NCBI RefSeq assembly: GCF_001194135.2
Contig: NC_068982.1
Span: 66,310,685 to 66,344,625, forward strand
Length of the DNA stretch: 33,941 nucleotides
Direction of reading: 5' to 3'
Origin: Octopus bimaculoides
Lineage: Eukaryota
A program made the position numbers and the translations under genes. This document shows positions 1 to 9,850 of the stretch, piece after piece. Under the pieces are notes generated by a model. It made no database searches and was not told the origin of the DNA. It worked only from the letters and a program-made list of their open reading frames with translations. Positions within the stretch are counted from its first letter, which is position 1, and every line of letters starts with the position of its first letter.

Positions 1-42
1 ACACATATACACAATGTATGAGCTTTGCTTGTTCACCGGTAG

Positions 43-151
43 GCTGGAATTTGGCGCGGTGGAAATGGCTCTTTCTCAGCGCCGGATGTTAAAACACCTG
101 AACCGAATTGTAGGCGAACTGAATCGCCAGTTCATGACTATATACAAATAG
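43..151 (+). CDS. Candidate 3' terminal coding exon of an unidentified host gene (…LEFGAVEMALSQRRMLKHLNRIVGELNRQFMTIYK*)
   Basis: Pyrimidine-rich tract then AG at 41-42. Frame from 44 is open for 35 codons with non-repetitive, helix-like composition and ends at TAG 149-151. AATAAA lies at 209-214. No homology recognised, and the minus strand also has an open frame here. Confidence 0.4.
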
Positions 152-208
152 TGTAAAACACCCTTTGCTGGGATGCCTCGACGATGTACAGCTTCGAATT
201 CATGTCTG

Positions 209-214
209 AATAAA
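209..214 (+). promoter_or_regulatory. Possible polyadenylation signal AATAAA
   Basis: Canonical hexamer 57 nt after the candidate stop codon; common by chance in AT-rich DNA. Confidence 0.25.
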
Positions 215-240
215 TACACACACACGTGCGCGCGCATATT

Positions 241-241
241 C

Positions 242-288
<47 letters not shown>
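241..288. repeat. (CA)n microsatellite
   Basis: Direct reading. Confidence 0.95.
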
Positions 289-291
<3 letters not shown>

Positions 292-1209
292 TATAGAAGA
301 GTTAGTTTAGCGATATAAGAACACCACAAAAGTTGTTATATTGACTTTCCATCTATTTCTTTATGTCGACTTTCATTTCCACAATTCCGCTGCAATTGCT
401 GAATATTATTTACTGGCATGTTGCTATAGGCATCTTTACTTTTTCTTTTTTACTTTCTTTAAAAAAACTATTATTTTAACCTTCTGATACAAGATTACTG
501 CATAGCATGGGCCTTCGTAAGTTGCTTTAAAGTTAAGGCTCTTCTGCTTGTGCATGTATTTCTACGTTTCCATACCACCATTTCCCTTATCTATTTTATC
601 CTCTTTGCTTTCGTTTTACCATAAGGTTGAAGACATTAACTTACCAATAATCTAACTTCAATTGCTTTATATTATGAGCATATATTTCACATATTTTATG
701 CATACATTTACGCATGACGTCTCCATATGTTAAAAAACCAACCACCATGACAAAATAAAGGAGGAAAGGCAAAATTGCAGAAAAAATAAAATTGCAGAAA
801 AAAAACAAAATTGCAGCAGTGAAACATATCTATTGACAAACAAAACAACTTGCAGCAACTAACAGTGGCTCGTGTCAAAAGGTCAACTAATAACTATGCC
901 GTAGATCTGTGTCTGAAGTATTAACAAAAATATAAAAGGAAGGGGAAGGAAAAACTTATTGGGACCTATTAAAACTTGCTAGAAACCAATTCATAACAGT
1001 TGCAGTAGAATTGTGTCAATGACCAGATCAATGAAGTCGGATGAAAATTTCTGACACCTTATGAATTGAAAGAAAAAGAATGTGTGTGCGCGTGCGCTTA
1101 TGTGTATGCTCTTAAATGGTTAAAATGGTTCGACAATTATATAATTGCTTCACTACATATGTATGTATGGTATATATACATATATATATATACAAGTATA
1201 TATGCTTTT

Positions 1210-1249
1210 ACACACACACACACATACACACACACACACACACACACAT

Positions 1250-1284
<35 letters not shown>
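1210..1284. repeat. (CA)n microsatellite abutting the left Tc1 TIR
   Basis: Direct reading. Confidence 0.95.
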
Positions 1285-1286
<2 letters not shown>

Positions 1287-2478
1287 ACAGAAGTAAATAG
1301 ACATCTCATAAAACATCGTGTTATGTTTATTTTAACTTGAAAAGGTTTATATTTCTTTTATTAATTAACATATTTATGTTTCAGGTTCTATATGTGACTG
1401 TTTAATCATGCCACGTACAAAAGAAGCCTTGGAACTATCCGAATTTCAAAGAGGCCGCATTGTGGGTCAATCTGAAGGTGGACTTAGTCAACGTAAAATA
1501 GCAGAAAACATTGGGATCCCACATTCTACAGTCAATATAGTGATTGTGCAATTCACCTGAGAGGGGAAGGAGTCCACATCACCTTGACCACGTCGACCAG
1601 AGCCCTCTGACAGGACCTTTCGTTTTGTTAAGAGAAGTGTGGAGGATAATCCTTGTTGAAAGGCCTCTGACATAGCAAAACATGTTGATGTCAGTCCTAG
1701 AACAGCGGTCAGGTATCTTCAAAAACTTGGCTACTATGGCAGAGTAGTAAGAAGGAAACCACTTCTTCAAGCAGCCAATATGAAGCGGAGAAAAGATTAG
1801 GCCAGTGAGATAGTGGAGAAGTCTTTAGCATTTTGGGACACAGCCATATTTTCTGATGAGTCCAGATTTGCTCGATGGTCGAGTGTGGGTCTGGAGACTC
1901 TGTGATCAGGAAATTGATGTGAAAAGGTTACAACCAACAATGAACATAGTGTCTATTCTGTGATGGTCCGGGAAGCAATTTGGAGCAATGGTCGATCAGA
2001 GCTGGTGGCGAATAAGGGAAAGATAAACTTAGATAAATATGTGTCCATATGGCAGAAAGGACTCTTTCCAATCTTCAATGGTGAAATGATTAAAGAAGAC
2101 TCTATTTATGGAAGCTGGAGCTCCTTGTCATACAACTAAAAAGACCCAAGATTGGTTGAAAGAGAATGGCATTAGAAAGGTTCCATAGCCAAGCCAGTAA
2201 CCAGATATGAATCCTACTGAACACCTTAGAGGCATAATGGACAGGACATTTTGAAAAAAGAGTAAGAAAGAATCTTCAAATCCAGATTTTTTTGAGATTA
2301 CAGCATGACACACTGCATGTAATTCGTTAAGAGAATATTCGTTATCTGATTAGTAGCATGCCTAATAGAGTCCTTGCACTGAAAAATGCAAAGGGCATGC
2401 CTACTAAATATTAGATATTCACATTATAATAATTAATAAATAACTTGAATGTATAATTTCAGATTTACTTCTGTCATG

Positions 2479-2482
<4 letters not shown>
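1279..2482 (+). mobile_element. Full-length degenerate Tc1-family DNA transposon (~1.2 kb)
   Basis: Left TIR cacacatgacagaagtaaat (1279-1298) matches the reverse complement of right TIR atttacttctgtcatgtctg (2463-2482) at 19/20. The right end is followed by TA running into (TA)n. Encloses a transposase pseudogene. Confidence 0.9.
1408..2414 (+). pseudogene. Tc1 DD34E transposase pseudogene
   Basis: Manual translation gives [42 protein letters not shown] (HTH), RKPLL, WDTAIFSDESRF, GRVWVWR, FMEAGAPCHT…PSQ*PDMNPTEH (34 residues from the mutated second Asp position to Glu) and SMPNRVLALKNAKGMPTKY*. Multiple stops and frameshifts. Confidence 0.92.
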
Positions 2483-2509
<27 letters not shown>

Positions 2510-2850
2510 NNNNNNNNNNNNNNNNNNNNNNNNNNNNNNNNNNNNNNNNNNNNNNNNNNNNNNNNNNNNNNNNNNNNNNNNNNNNNNNNNNNNNNNNNNN
2601 NNNNNNNNNNNNNNNNNNNNNNNNNNNNNNNNNNNNNNNNNNNNNNNNNNNNNNNNNNNNNNNNNNNNNNNNNNNNNNNNNNNNNNNNNNNNNNNNNNNN
2701 NNNNNNNNNNNNNNNNNNNNNNNNNNNNNNNNNNNNNNNNNNNNNNNNNNNNNNNNNNNNNNNNNNNNNNNNNNNNNNNNNNNNNNNNNNNNNNNNNNNN
2801 NNNNNNNNNNNNNNNNNNNNNNNNNNNNNNNNNNNNNNNNNNNNNNNNNN
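2510..2850. other. Assembly gap (N)
   Basis: Run of N after (TA)n. Confidence 1.
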
Positions 2851-3007
2851 TATAGTAGCTGTTTCATTTCTCGTGAAGGTAAGCACCATCAGACATATAG
2901 TTACATAATTGTGATATATAATTTAGATTGAATTTATTTAACTCAAATTCATTTAAAAACTGCTTAGACGATTCTTCAAGAATATTAATAAGAAAACCTT
3001 TGTATGT

Positions 3008-3009
<2 letters not shown>

Positions 3010-3053
<44 letters not shown>
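3010..3053. repeat. (GT)n microsatellite
   Basis: Direct reading. Confidence 0.95.
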
Positions 3054-3057
<4 letters not shown>

Positions 3058-3324
3058 CATCTACAAATGTAGCCTCAAATACTAAAAAGAACGTATTCTG
3101 TCACACATCTATCGCTTGTCGAGCGTGAACTCCGAACTATTTTTGAATATCGAATTAACAAATATAAACGTCTTTCTGCTAGATAAACTGAACAATCTAG
3201 TCTCTTCCATCGTCCTATGAGAATCACAGACAATTTAGCAGTTACTTAACAACCAGCTGATAGACTTCCTAAACTAGTTTATGATTCAGAGAACATCTAA
3301 CATAGTTTATGACATACAGGAAAA

Positions 3325-3351
3325 TACCGTATATACTCGTGTAAAAGTCGA
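3325..3351 (+). mobile_element. Solo pogo/mariner-type terminal inverted repeat fragment
   Basis: ta-ccgtatatactcgtgtaaaagtcga resembles the TACCGTATATACTCG end of pogo-like elements (recalled); no partner TIR seen in the window. Confidence 0.45.
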
Positions 3352-3578
3352 TCTCCTGCAAGAGTCACCCTCTTATTTTTGATCAAAAACCTGCAATTTT
3401 CCATACATTCTGGGTAAAAATCACTCCTATTTCATCAAAGATAAGGTTCTGTTGAATGTGACGGATTGAAGAGAAAAAGTATGTGTAAATGTCTATAAAA
3501 GCTTCAAGGCTTTATGTTTATTTAGTATAACGTGTGTTCTGATGCGTAAAATTGGTATTATGACTGTAATTCCTCATG

Positions 3579-3722
<144 letters not shown>

Positions 3723-3907
3723 TAGTTTTATTTTTATAACGTACTTTCACTTCACTACCGAGCGCTGCTCTGTGCGCCTTGGGTATGTGCTGTGGTTTGC
3801 TGTGGTGCTCTTATGTTTACTGTATTGAAAGTGTTTTGCGTAGAATGTGTGCAGTACCCAGTAGTGCAATTTTCTGTATGTTATATATATTTGTAAGTCC
3901 TGCTATT

Positions 3908-3942
<35 letters not shown>

Positions 3943-3946
3943 CATT

Positions 3947-4171
3947 AAGGCGGCAATCTGGTGGAATTGTTAGCACGTCGGGCAAAATGCTTAGTAGTAT
4001 TTCGTCTGCCGCTACATTCTGAGTTCAAATTCTGCCGTCGTCGACTTTGCCTTTCATCCTTTCGAGGTCGATAAATTAAGTACCAGTTGAGTACTGGGGT
4101 CGATGTAATCGACTATCCCCCTCTCCCATATTTCAGGCCTTGTGTCTATAGTAGAAAGGATTATTATTATT
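3947..4171 (+). mobile_element. tRNA-derived SINE, family A (Octopus-type), near full length, with (ATT)n tail
   Basis: Head aaggcggc…gaattgttagca, B-box-like gagttcaaattc, core gtcgactttgcctttcatcctttc…gataaattaagtaccagtt…tactggggtcgatgtaatcgact. The core recurs at 13104, 29459 and 31730. Confidence 0.9.
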
Positions 4172-4198
4172 AAGGCGGTGATCTGGCAGAATTGTTAG
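4172..4198 (+). mobile_element. Truncated head of a second family A SINE
   Basis: aaggcggtgatctggcagaattgttag repeats the head at 3947, then breaks off into the R4/Dong fragment. Confidence 0.8.
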
Positions 4199-4505
4199 AT
4201 CTCTGACAACTATATCCGGCATATAGGCCTTAATTTCTTTATCTGTGTGTATTGGTATATCCCAGAGTATGGTTGCTTTCTCATTTTCTGTGACCTTTTC
4301 TGGAGCGTGCCTATACCATCTTCTTTCTGCTGTTATTCCATAATGTTGGTATAGCTTCCTGTGTGTATAGGTCCCAGCCTTGTCGTATCTGTGAATATAT
4401 TCCTTCTTAGCCAAGACTTGTCAGCCAGAGACAATATGATTTATTGTTTCTTTTCCATCACCACATATTCTGTAGTTACTTGTATTTCTTTTCATTACAT
4501 GTTTA
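4199..4505 (-). mobile_element. R4/Dong-clade non-LTR retrotransposon fragment (degenerate CCHC knuckle plus start of restriction-like endonuclease)
   Basis: Minus-strand translation KHVMKRNTSNYRICGDGKETINHIVSG*QVLAKKEYIHRYDK…HYGITAERRWYRHAPEKVTENEKATILWDIPIHTDKEIKAYMPDIVVRD shows the CCHC / RHD / LWD…TD…PD pattern of RLE-type elements. Confidence 0.85.
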
Positions 4506-4535
4506 TAATATTATAGACTAATATTATTATAATTA

Positions 4536-4537
<2 letters not shown>

Positions 4538-4620
<83 letters not shown>

Positions 4621-4621
4621 T
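4538..4621. repeat. (TAT)n microsatellite
   Basis: Direct reading. Confidence 0.95.
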
Positions 4622-4928
4622 TATGTTTGACTTTTGTTTTGCATTTGTACAAGTTGGATCCAAGTCTCACCCAGAGACCTCAAGAGACAACAAGTTAGAA
4701 GTTCATGTAGGTGTTATGCCTAGGGTACCATATATTTCGATTTGTACAGTTTTGTTCAAGTGAATGTTTAAGAAACCATAAGAAAATTATGTGTTTGCTT
4801 TAAAATTTGAGATCACATAGACAGTATTTTACGTAGGATATGGGCAGTTCCCATGAGCACTATCTTTTGAACTTCAGCCATTTTGGGGTTTCCTGGTATC
4901 TGAGCTAAGTAGTAATCAGCCCGTTTCG
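4622..4928 (-). mobile_element. 5'-truncated R4/Dong 3' end (ORF C-terminus plus 3' UTR) embedded in TAA repeats
   Basis: Minus-strand KRADYYLAQIPGNPKMAEVQKIVLMGTAHILRKILSM* (stop 4815-4813) is the typical R4-clade terminal motif. About 190 nt of UTR follows, then (TAA)n; (TAA)n also flanks the 5' junction. Confidence 0.85.
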
Positions 4929-4931
4929 TTG

Positions 4932-4932
<1 letters not shown>

Positions 4933-4991
<59 letters not shown>
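4933..4991. repeat. (TAT)n microsatellite
   Basis: Direct reading. Confidence 0.95.
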
Positions 4992-5329
4992 GCTTCACAC
5001 GTGGAATTCACGCTCGAATCATCGCTGGTGAGTTTTCTCTAATTTTACTTGTCTTTTGCCGTTTTCGGCCGCTGAAATTGTAATTATTGTTCAGCGGATG
5101 TATCCAAGTGTCTTTTGAAAGTTTCACCCCATTTCAATCACAGAACTTTCTCGGACATATTTTTCAATCTATCCCTTTTCACAACATGGCCAGTACTTGT
5201 CTACACAGAGGAGTGGGTGAAGGAGAAAATGTATCTGCTTCCTCGTGTTCAATCGATCCGAGGCATAGTAGTCGACGAAGAGTATCGGTCGCCACTCCCT
5301 TTAATTGTTGCAAAGAACCTACAGTCGAG

Positions 5330-5560
5330 AACGCCACCACCAACACCATTTCAACCACTACCATTACCACCAACATCAACAACAACATCGCCAACAGACA
5401 AACAAGACCACTAACACCAGCACGACTCGTGACAACTCCAACAACACCAATAGCGACATCAGCAACAACAACACCATCAACAATAATAGTAGTAACGAAA
5501 CCAGCAGCAACAACGACGATAATATTGTAACTATCAGCAGCAGTATCGGCATCAAGAAAA
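5330..5560. repeat. Degenerate CAA/CAC/CAG low-complexity tract underlying several overlapping ORFs
   Basis: Direct reading; gives Thr/Asn/Gln/His-rich translations. Confidence 0.8.
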
Positions 5561-5789
5561 GCGCTGACTTCTACAACAGTGTCAACAGTAATGCTATTTA
5601 CGAAGACAGTAACGAGAATACACATCCGAAGGAAAACATTTCCTTCGCAAATATAACACATAAACCACTCATTCCTTACAGGGGTAAGCGGAGGCAGTTA
5701 AAAAATATCAGAAAGATATCATTCGCCTCGGTGTCATGGCTCTCCCAGAAGAGGAAAGGATCTCCACCAAAAAGAGAACGATAATTTAT

Positions 5790-6045
5790 AAGTGCATTAA
5801 TCGCAGAGAGAAAGCCGCTATACCCTTCCCCAGCTGACAAAAGAGAAAAATGCCTGGCGGATGTGTGGCTTTCCGTAGTATCGAGGAAAACAATATGGGA
5901 CCGTGGTAGCTATCTATAGCAATGAAGAGGAACTGCGTAGGATGGCTACAATAACCTATTCCTCTGACCAGTACATAATGATCCCTTTATACATGGGACG
6001 TCATGTGACTAAAGTCGGGGTCTCAGACGTACCACCTCATAGAGG
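5790..6045 (+). mobile_element. Possible Tx1/L1-clade LINE ORF1 relic
   Basis: Frameshifted pieces FISALIAERKPLYPSPADKREKCLADVW and QYGTVVAIYSNEEELRRMATITYSSDQYIMIPLYMGRHVTKVGVSDVPP resemble recalled ORF1-like cephalopod LINE proteins. Co-oriented with the ORF2 end at 6849. Unverified. Confidence 0.4.
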
Positions 6046-6848
6046 TCTCATTTTAACAGGTATATTTACCAAAATTACATAAAAATATCTTGAAATACTA
6101 AAGAGTAAATTTATTCAATAAAATCGCCATTAGCTTCAACCACAACCTCCAGACGACTTCAGAATCTCTTGCAACTCTTCTGGACGGTCTCCTTATTTAA
6201 GTTGGTGAATGCTGCCATAATACTTGCCTTCAGTTAATCTTTGGTGTTACAAGGAGTTTTGTTGGTCTCTCGCTCAACGGTGTCCCACACATAATAATCA
6301 AGGAGGTTGCTGTCTGGGGAGTTAGGTGGCCAGATGTTAGGGGTGATGTGGTCGCAGAAATTGTTTGACAGCCATGACTGGGTTCTCCAGCTTATGTGGC
6401 ATGATACAGAGTCCTGTTGCCAGACATAGGGTATTTCAGCAGCTACCCTCTTGACCCAGGGCAGCACTACCTCCTCCAGGTACTTGATGTAGGCCTTTGT
6501 ATTGAGTCTGATGCTGTGTAGGAAGATGAATTGAGGCATAACGTCGCCATCTCTAGTGATCACTCCAAACACCATGATGTTGACTGGATGTTTGATTTTT
6601 ATCATTCTCGGTACATGTCCTCAGATTTCACTGTCCTCAGATTGACACCCAAACACTCTGAAATGTTCGTATTGGAGCTTCCGGCGCGAATGCCAAGCAG
6701 TAGAGCATGTCGTTTCCAAATTTCAGGCAGAGTGAATTGCATCAGCGTGTTGATTTTATCACAGATGCTGCCCAACTGACCCTACTATACTGTGTAGTGT
6801 ACAAAATCAAAAACAAACAATGCACATGCACTAAGACCTTCCATTAAC
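6046..6848 (-). mobile_element. Internally deleted maT-type (DD37D) Tc1/mariner element, no TIRs recognised
   Basis: MQFTLPEIWKRHALLLGIRAGSSNTNISECLGVNLRTV is joined directly to IKHPVNIMVFGVIT…WQQDSVSCH…WPPNSPDSNLLDYYVW (37 residues between the last two Asp) and …RF*SRLEVVVEANGDFIE* (stop 6113-6111). Confidence 0.9.
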
Positions 6849-7225
6849 AGCACTCACTCGTCCAGTGCCAGGTCATTGCTGAACGCTGAACCTATGTCAA
6901 ATAACAGGTTGTCGTTTGTAGTACGGATCAGGCTATCGACCGAGTATCTCGTGAAGATCACTCGCCCCGCTTCTTTTACCAGGAAGGGCAAGCATTTCCC
7001 TCTCATTGGTGTCTATAGCGAAAGAGGTTGTGTGGGCGCTGAAAAGACTGAAAATATACACTTCCCTCTTCGGTCAAGTAAACCATCATCGACTTCTTGA
7101 AGTTCTATTTAGAAACGAAGCCGAATGAGGAGAAGGAGATGCTCTTCCTCTAGTAAAAAGCGGTGGGTAACAGTAGCAAGCATAACTTGAGTGAAGGGAT
7201 CTAGTCTGTTCGCGCACCAGTTGGT
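6849..7225 (+). mobile_element. Tx1/L1-clade LINE ORF2 C-terminal relic
   Basis: Frameshifted HSLVQC (knuckle end), VRIRLSTEYLVKITRPASFTRKGK, SLVSIAKEVVW and KKRWVTVASIT*VKGSSL resemble the recalled post-knuckle tail of Tx1-like ORF2. Confidence 0.6.
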
Positions 7226-7775
7226 CAAAGAATAACTATTGGGAGACAGCACTTGCACTTGGTAATCCGAGTGAATCAGGATTTATGTGGGTTCCACAAT
7301 TGGCTCTAGTGGAAGGTTCTTCTGTATCAGAACCGTATCAGTATAATTTTAACTCACTTTATTTTTACTCATTAAAAATCTATGTAAACAAATACACTTG
7401 ATGCTTAATATATTCGGTTTCCTTTCTAATGTGCAAACTACGCTGTATACTATGTTGTTAGTTGAATTTATGATTGCTATAGATAAGAACTGAATATTTT
7501 ATGCTATTGATTGGGAAATGAAACTGGGTGTCTTCACCGAGAAGCAGTCAACAAACCATGGAACAGAAGACTGTCCCACTCTTTCTTATAAAGCATTAAT
7601 GTATCTGGATTCATATATTTCTCTCACAACTGGGCTTCCTAACGCATATACACGCGCATACTCACACACGCACACACACAACTAAGAGGGGGGGGGGAAA
7701 TATATATGCAATTCAATGAGCTTTGTAGTCCACTTGATCCAACATTATAATACTCCTTGTCGAAAATTCTGACCG

Positions 7776-7826
<51 letters not shown>

Positions 7827-7839
7827 GATAGATAGATAG

Positions 7840-7893
<54 letters not shown>

Positions 7894-7902
7894 GTAGGTA
7901 GG

Positions 7903-7960
<58 letters not shown>
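7776..7960. repeat. Head-to-head (TATC)n / (GATA)n microsatellite
   Basis: The strand sense of the same tetranucleotide flips at 7825/7826 with no spacer. Confidence 0.95.
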
Positions 7961-7961
<1 letters not shown>

Positions 7962-8096
7962 ATGGTGTTAAGTATGTGGGTTGGTAAATACTTTTAAGTG
8001 GTGAATAATTTTGGAAGAGAAAGATAGAGTAGAAAAAAGAAAAATATCTCAATGTTACATTTGTTTACTTAGCCTAATATAAGTATGTATGTAACT

Positions 8097-8142
8097 TCTC
8101 TCTCTCTCTCTTCCTCTCTCTCTCTTCCTCTCTCTCTCTCTC

Positions 8143-8174
<32 letters not shown>

Positions 8175-8176
8175 AA
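8097..8176. repeat. (CT)n-(CA)n compound microsatellite
   Basis: Direct reading. Confidence 0.9.
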
Positions 8177-8639
8177 CATACGGTGGGTGGGTGAGTGGTG
8201 AAACCTAACTATAATTCCTGCAAATGAATTTGTACGCTCATACATACTAGTACTATATTTGTATGTGTGTATAAGAGAGAAAGGAAGTTGAGAGAGTGGC
8301 AAAGAGAGTGAGGTAGAAAAAACTATGAATGTTTAAACACACACAGAGACATATACACACATTTAGACACGCACACATATTTAGCGCGCGCGTGAATGTG
8401 ACTCTGGGTCTGGGTCTGTGTGTGTGCATGCATTCTAAGAATTCAAGCGAACTCATCAGATCCAAACGCAATCTATGTCCTTCCTTAGTGTTTTCATCTT
8501 CGTGTCTTACACAGGATCTTCCCAAAATGTTTTGATTCTGAGAGTCTCTCTCTCGTAGTTATATACGCCTTGGAATGATGCAGTTATTCTAGTCGATAAC
8601 AACATGCCAAAGTAAATCTTTAGAAGGGAATCGAGCCAA

Positions 8640-8850
8640 CAAGGGGTCTCTACATGGTCGTGGCAGAAATAACAGCAATATCCTCAGCAAATCTCATGCC
8701 ACCAGCTTGAAAAAAAAAATGGAAGGCTATATTGCATAATGGAGTACTAAGATGCACTGTCTGAAAAAAATGGCGGAATAATCCTCACATTAATGTCGTT
8801 GATTTCGATCACAGATCGTCTAAAGGTTGACCTGGGTTAAATAACAATTG
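8640..8850 (-). repeat. Unclassified dispersed repeat (family D)
   Basis: Carries the reverse complement of the gat.t.gctgctatttctagcagg-type motif also seen at ~9640, ~20560, ~25080, ~26125 and ~27900. Confidence 0.55.
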
Positions 8851-8956
8851 CCAGAAGATGAAGAGAGTACTCTGTGAGTGGAAAAGAGGAATAAAAAGTC
8901 AGCAAAAAAAACAAAAAAAGTGATGGTGGTGGTGGTGGTGGTGGTGGTGGTGGTTT

Positions 8957-9075
8957 TGGGGAGCTTGGAGCAGAACTGGTGGAGCGTCTGTCAAAATATT
9001 TTGCGGTATTATTTATGTTTTGAGTTCAAATCCTGTCAAGATCAACGTTCATTCTTCTGAAGTTGTAAAATAAAC
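8957..9075 (+). mobile_element. Degenerate family A SINE head after a (GGT)n tract
   Basis: gcagaactgg…gcggtatt…tttgagttcaaatcctgtcaagatcaac aligns loosely to 3947-4050. Confidence 0.55.
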
Positions 9076-9635
9076 TAACAGTCAAATATCAGGGGTCAGT
9101 TTATATTGTTAGAAGACATCTATCTTAGATACGAATGGAATTATAACGGAAGACAAGGTGTAGTTAGAGTTAGGGTTTTTTGTTAAATGGATTATATTGG
9201 CGTGCAGTGAGGAAAAGCGAATTTTAACGTTGTATATGATTGTGTATACAAATGGAACGTTTCTCATAAAGGGCTGGAGTCTGTAAGGATTGAAGAGAGG
9301 CAAACAAATTTCTTAATAGAAATGTTTCTAATTTAGACACAATACCAGCAATTTTGAGGGTTGTGGACAGGGTCATCTATGCAGTACTATAAGCCTCTGG
9401 GTAAATCAATGTACTGAGCCCTCTAGTATTTACTAACTGACAGCAAGCCGCAGCAAATATAGATCATAATTAGACCCCTAGACTAGTGAGGCCACCGGGC
9501 AACTGCCAAGTGTGCGCATGCCTTAAGACAGCACTAGGCTTCTGGTTAGTCGAGTACATCGACCCTGGCACTTGAAGATAGTTTTAAACATCTTACACAC
9601 GTCCATCACAATGGCGAAGAACAATGTCTTTTTAG

Positions 9636-9692
9636 AAGTGAGATATTCAGCTGCTATTTCTAACATGCTGAACGATCACGTTGAGGCTCCCT
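9636..9692 (+). repeat. Family D dispersed repeat fragment
   Basis: gagatattcagctgctatttctaacatgctgaacgatcacgttgaggctccc matches 25070-25128. Confidence 0.55.
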
Positions 9693-9850
9693 GGTATAAT
9701 AAAGAGAACCGGGTCTCTTTACCAAGTTATTCAGTCACATGGTGAAAGTCTGAGTACACTACGTATTTTAATGAACTTCGATTATTCAAAAACTATATCC
9801 ATTTATTCAATGAATATTTAGTAAAAAAAAAAACAAAAAAAAACTGTACA

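Noticed and set aside
1066-1340. Microsatellite-derived ORFs ([20 protein letters not shown]; also 3542, 7816, 13301, 15137, 18163-18463, 21131, 23405-23751, 32576-32979)
   Set aside because: Simple repeats lack stop codons; there is no splice or homology support.
2419-2931. Long ORFs spanning N runs (also 15137-15823, 22293-22964, 27056-27901, 29806-30066)
   Set aside because: Artefacts of translating gaps as X.
3947-4050. tRNA genes at SINE heads
   Set aside because: Only A/B-box-like motifs with no cloverleaf; each continues into a SINE body.
5179-5661. 160-aa Val-rich minus-strand ORF
   Set aside because: Antisense shadow of the CAA/CAC low-complexity tract.
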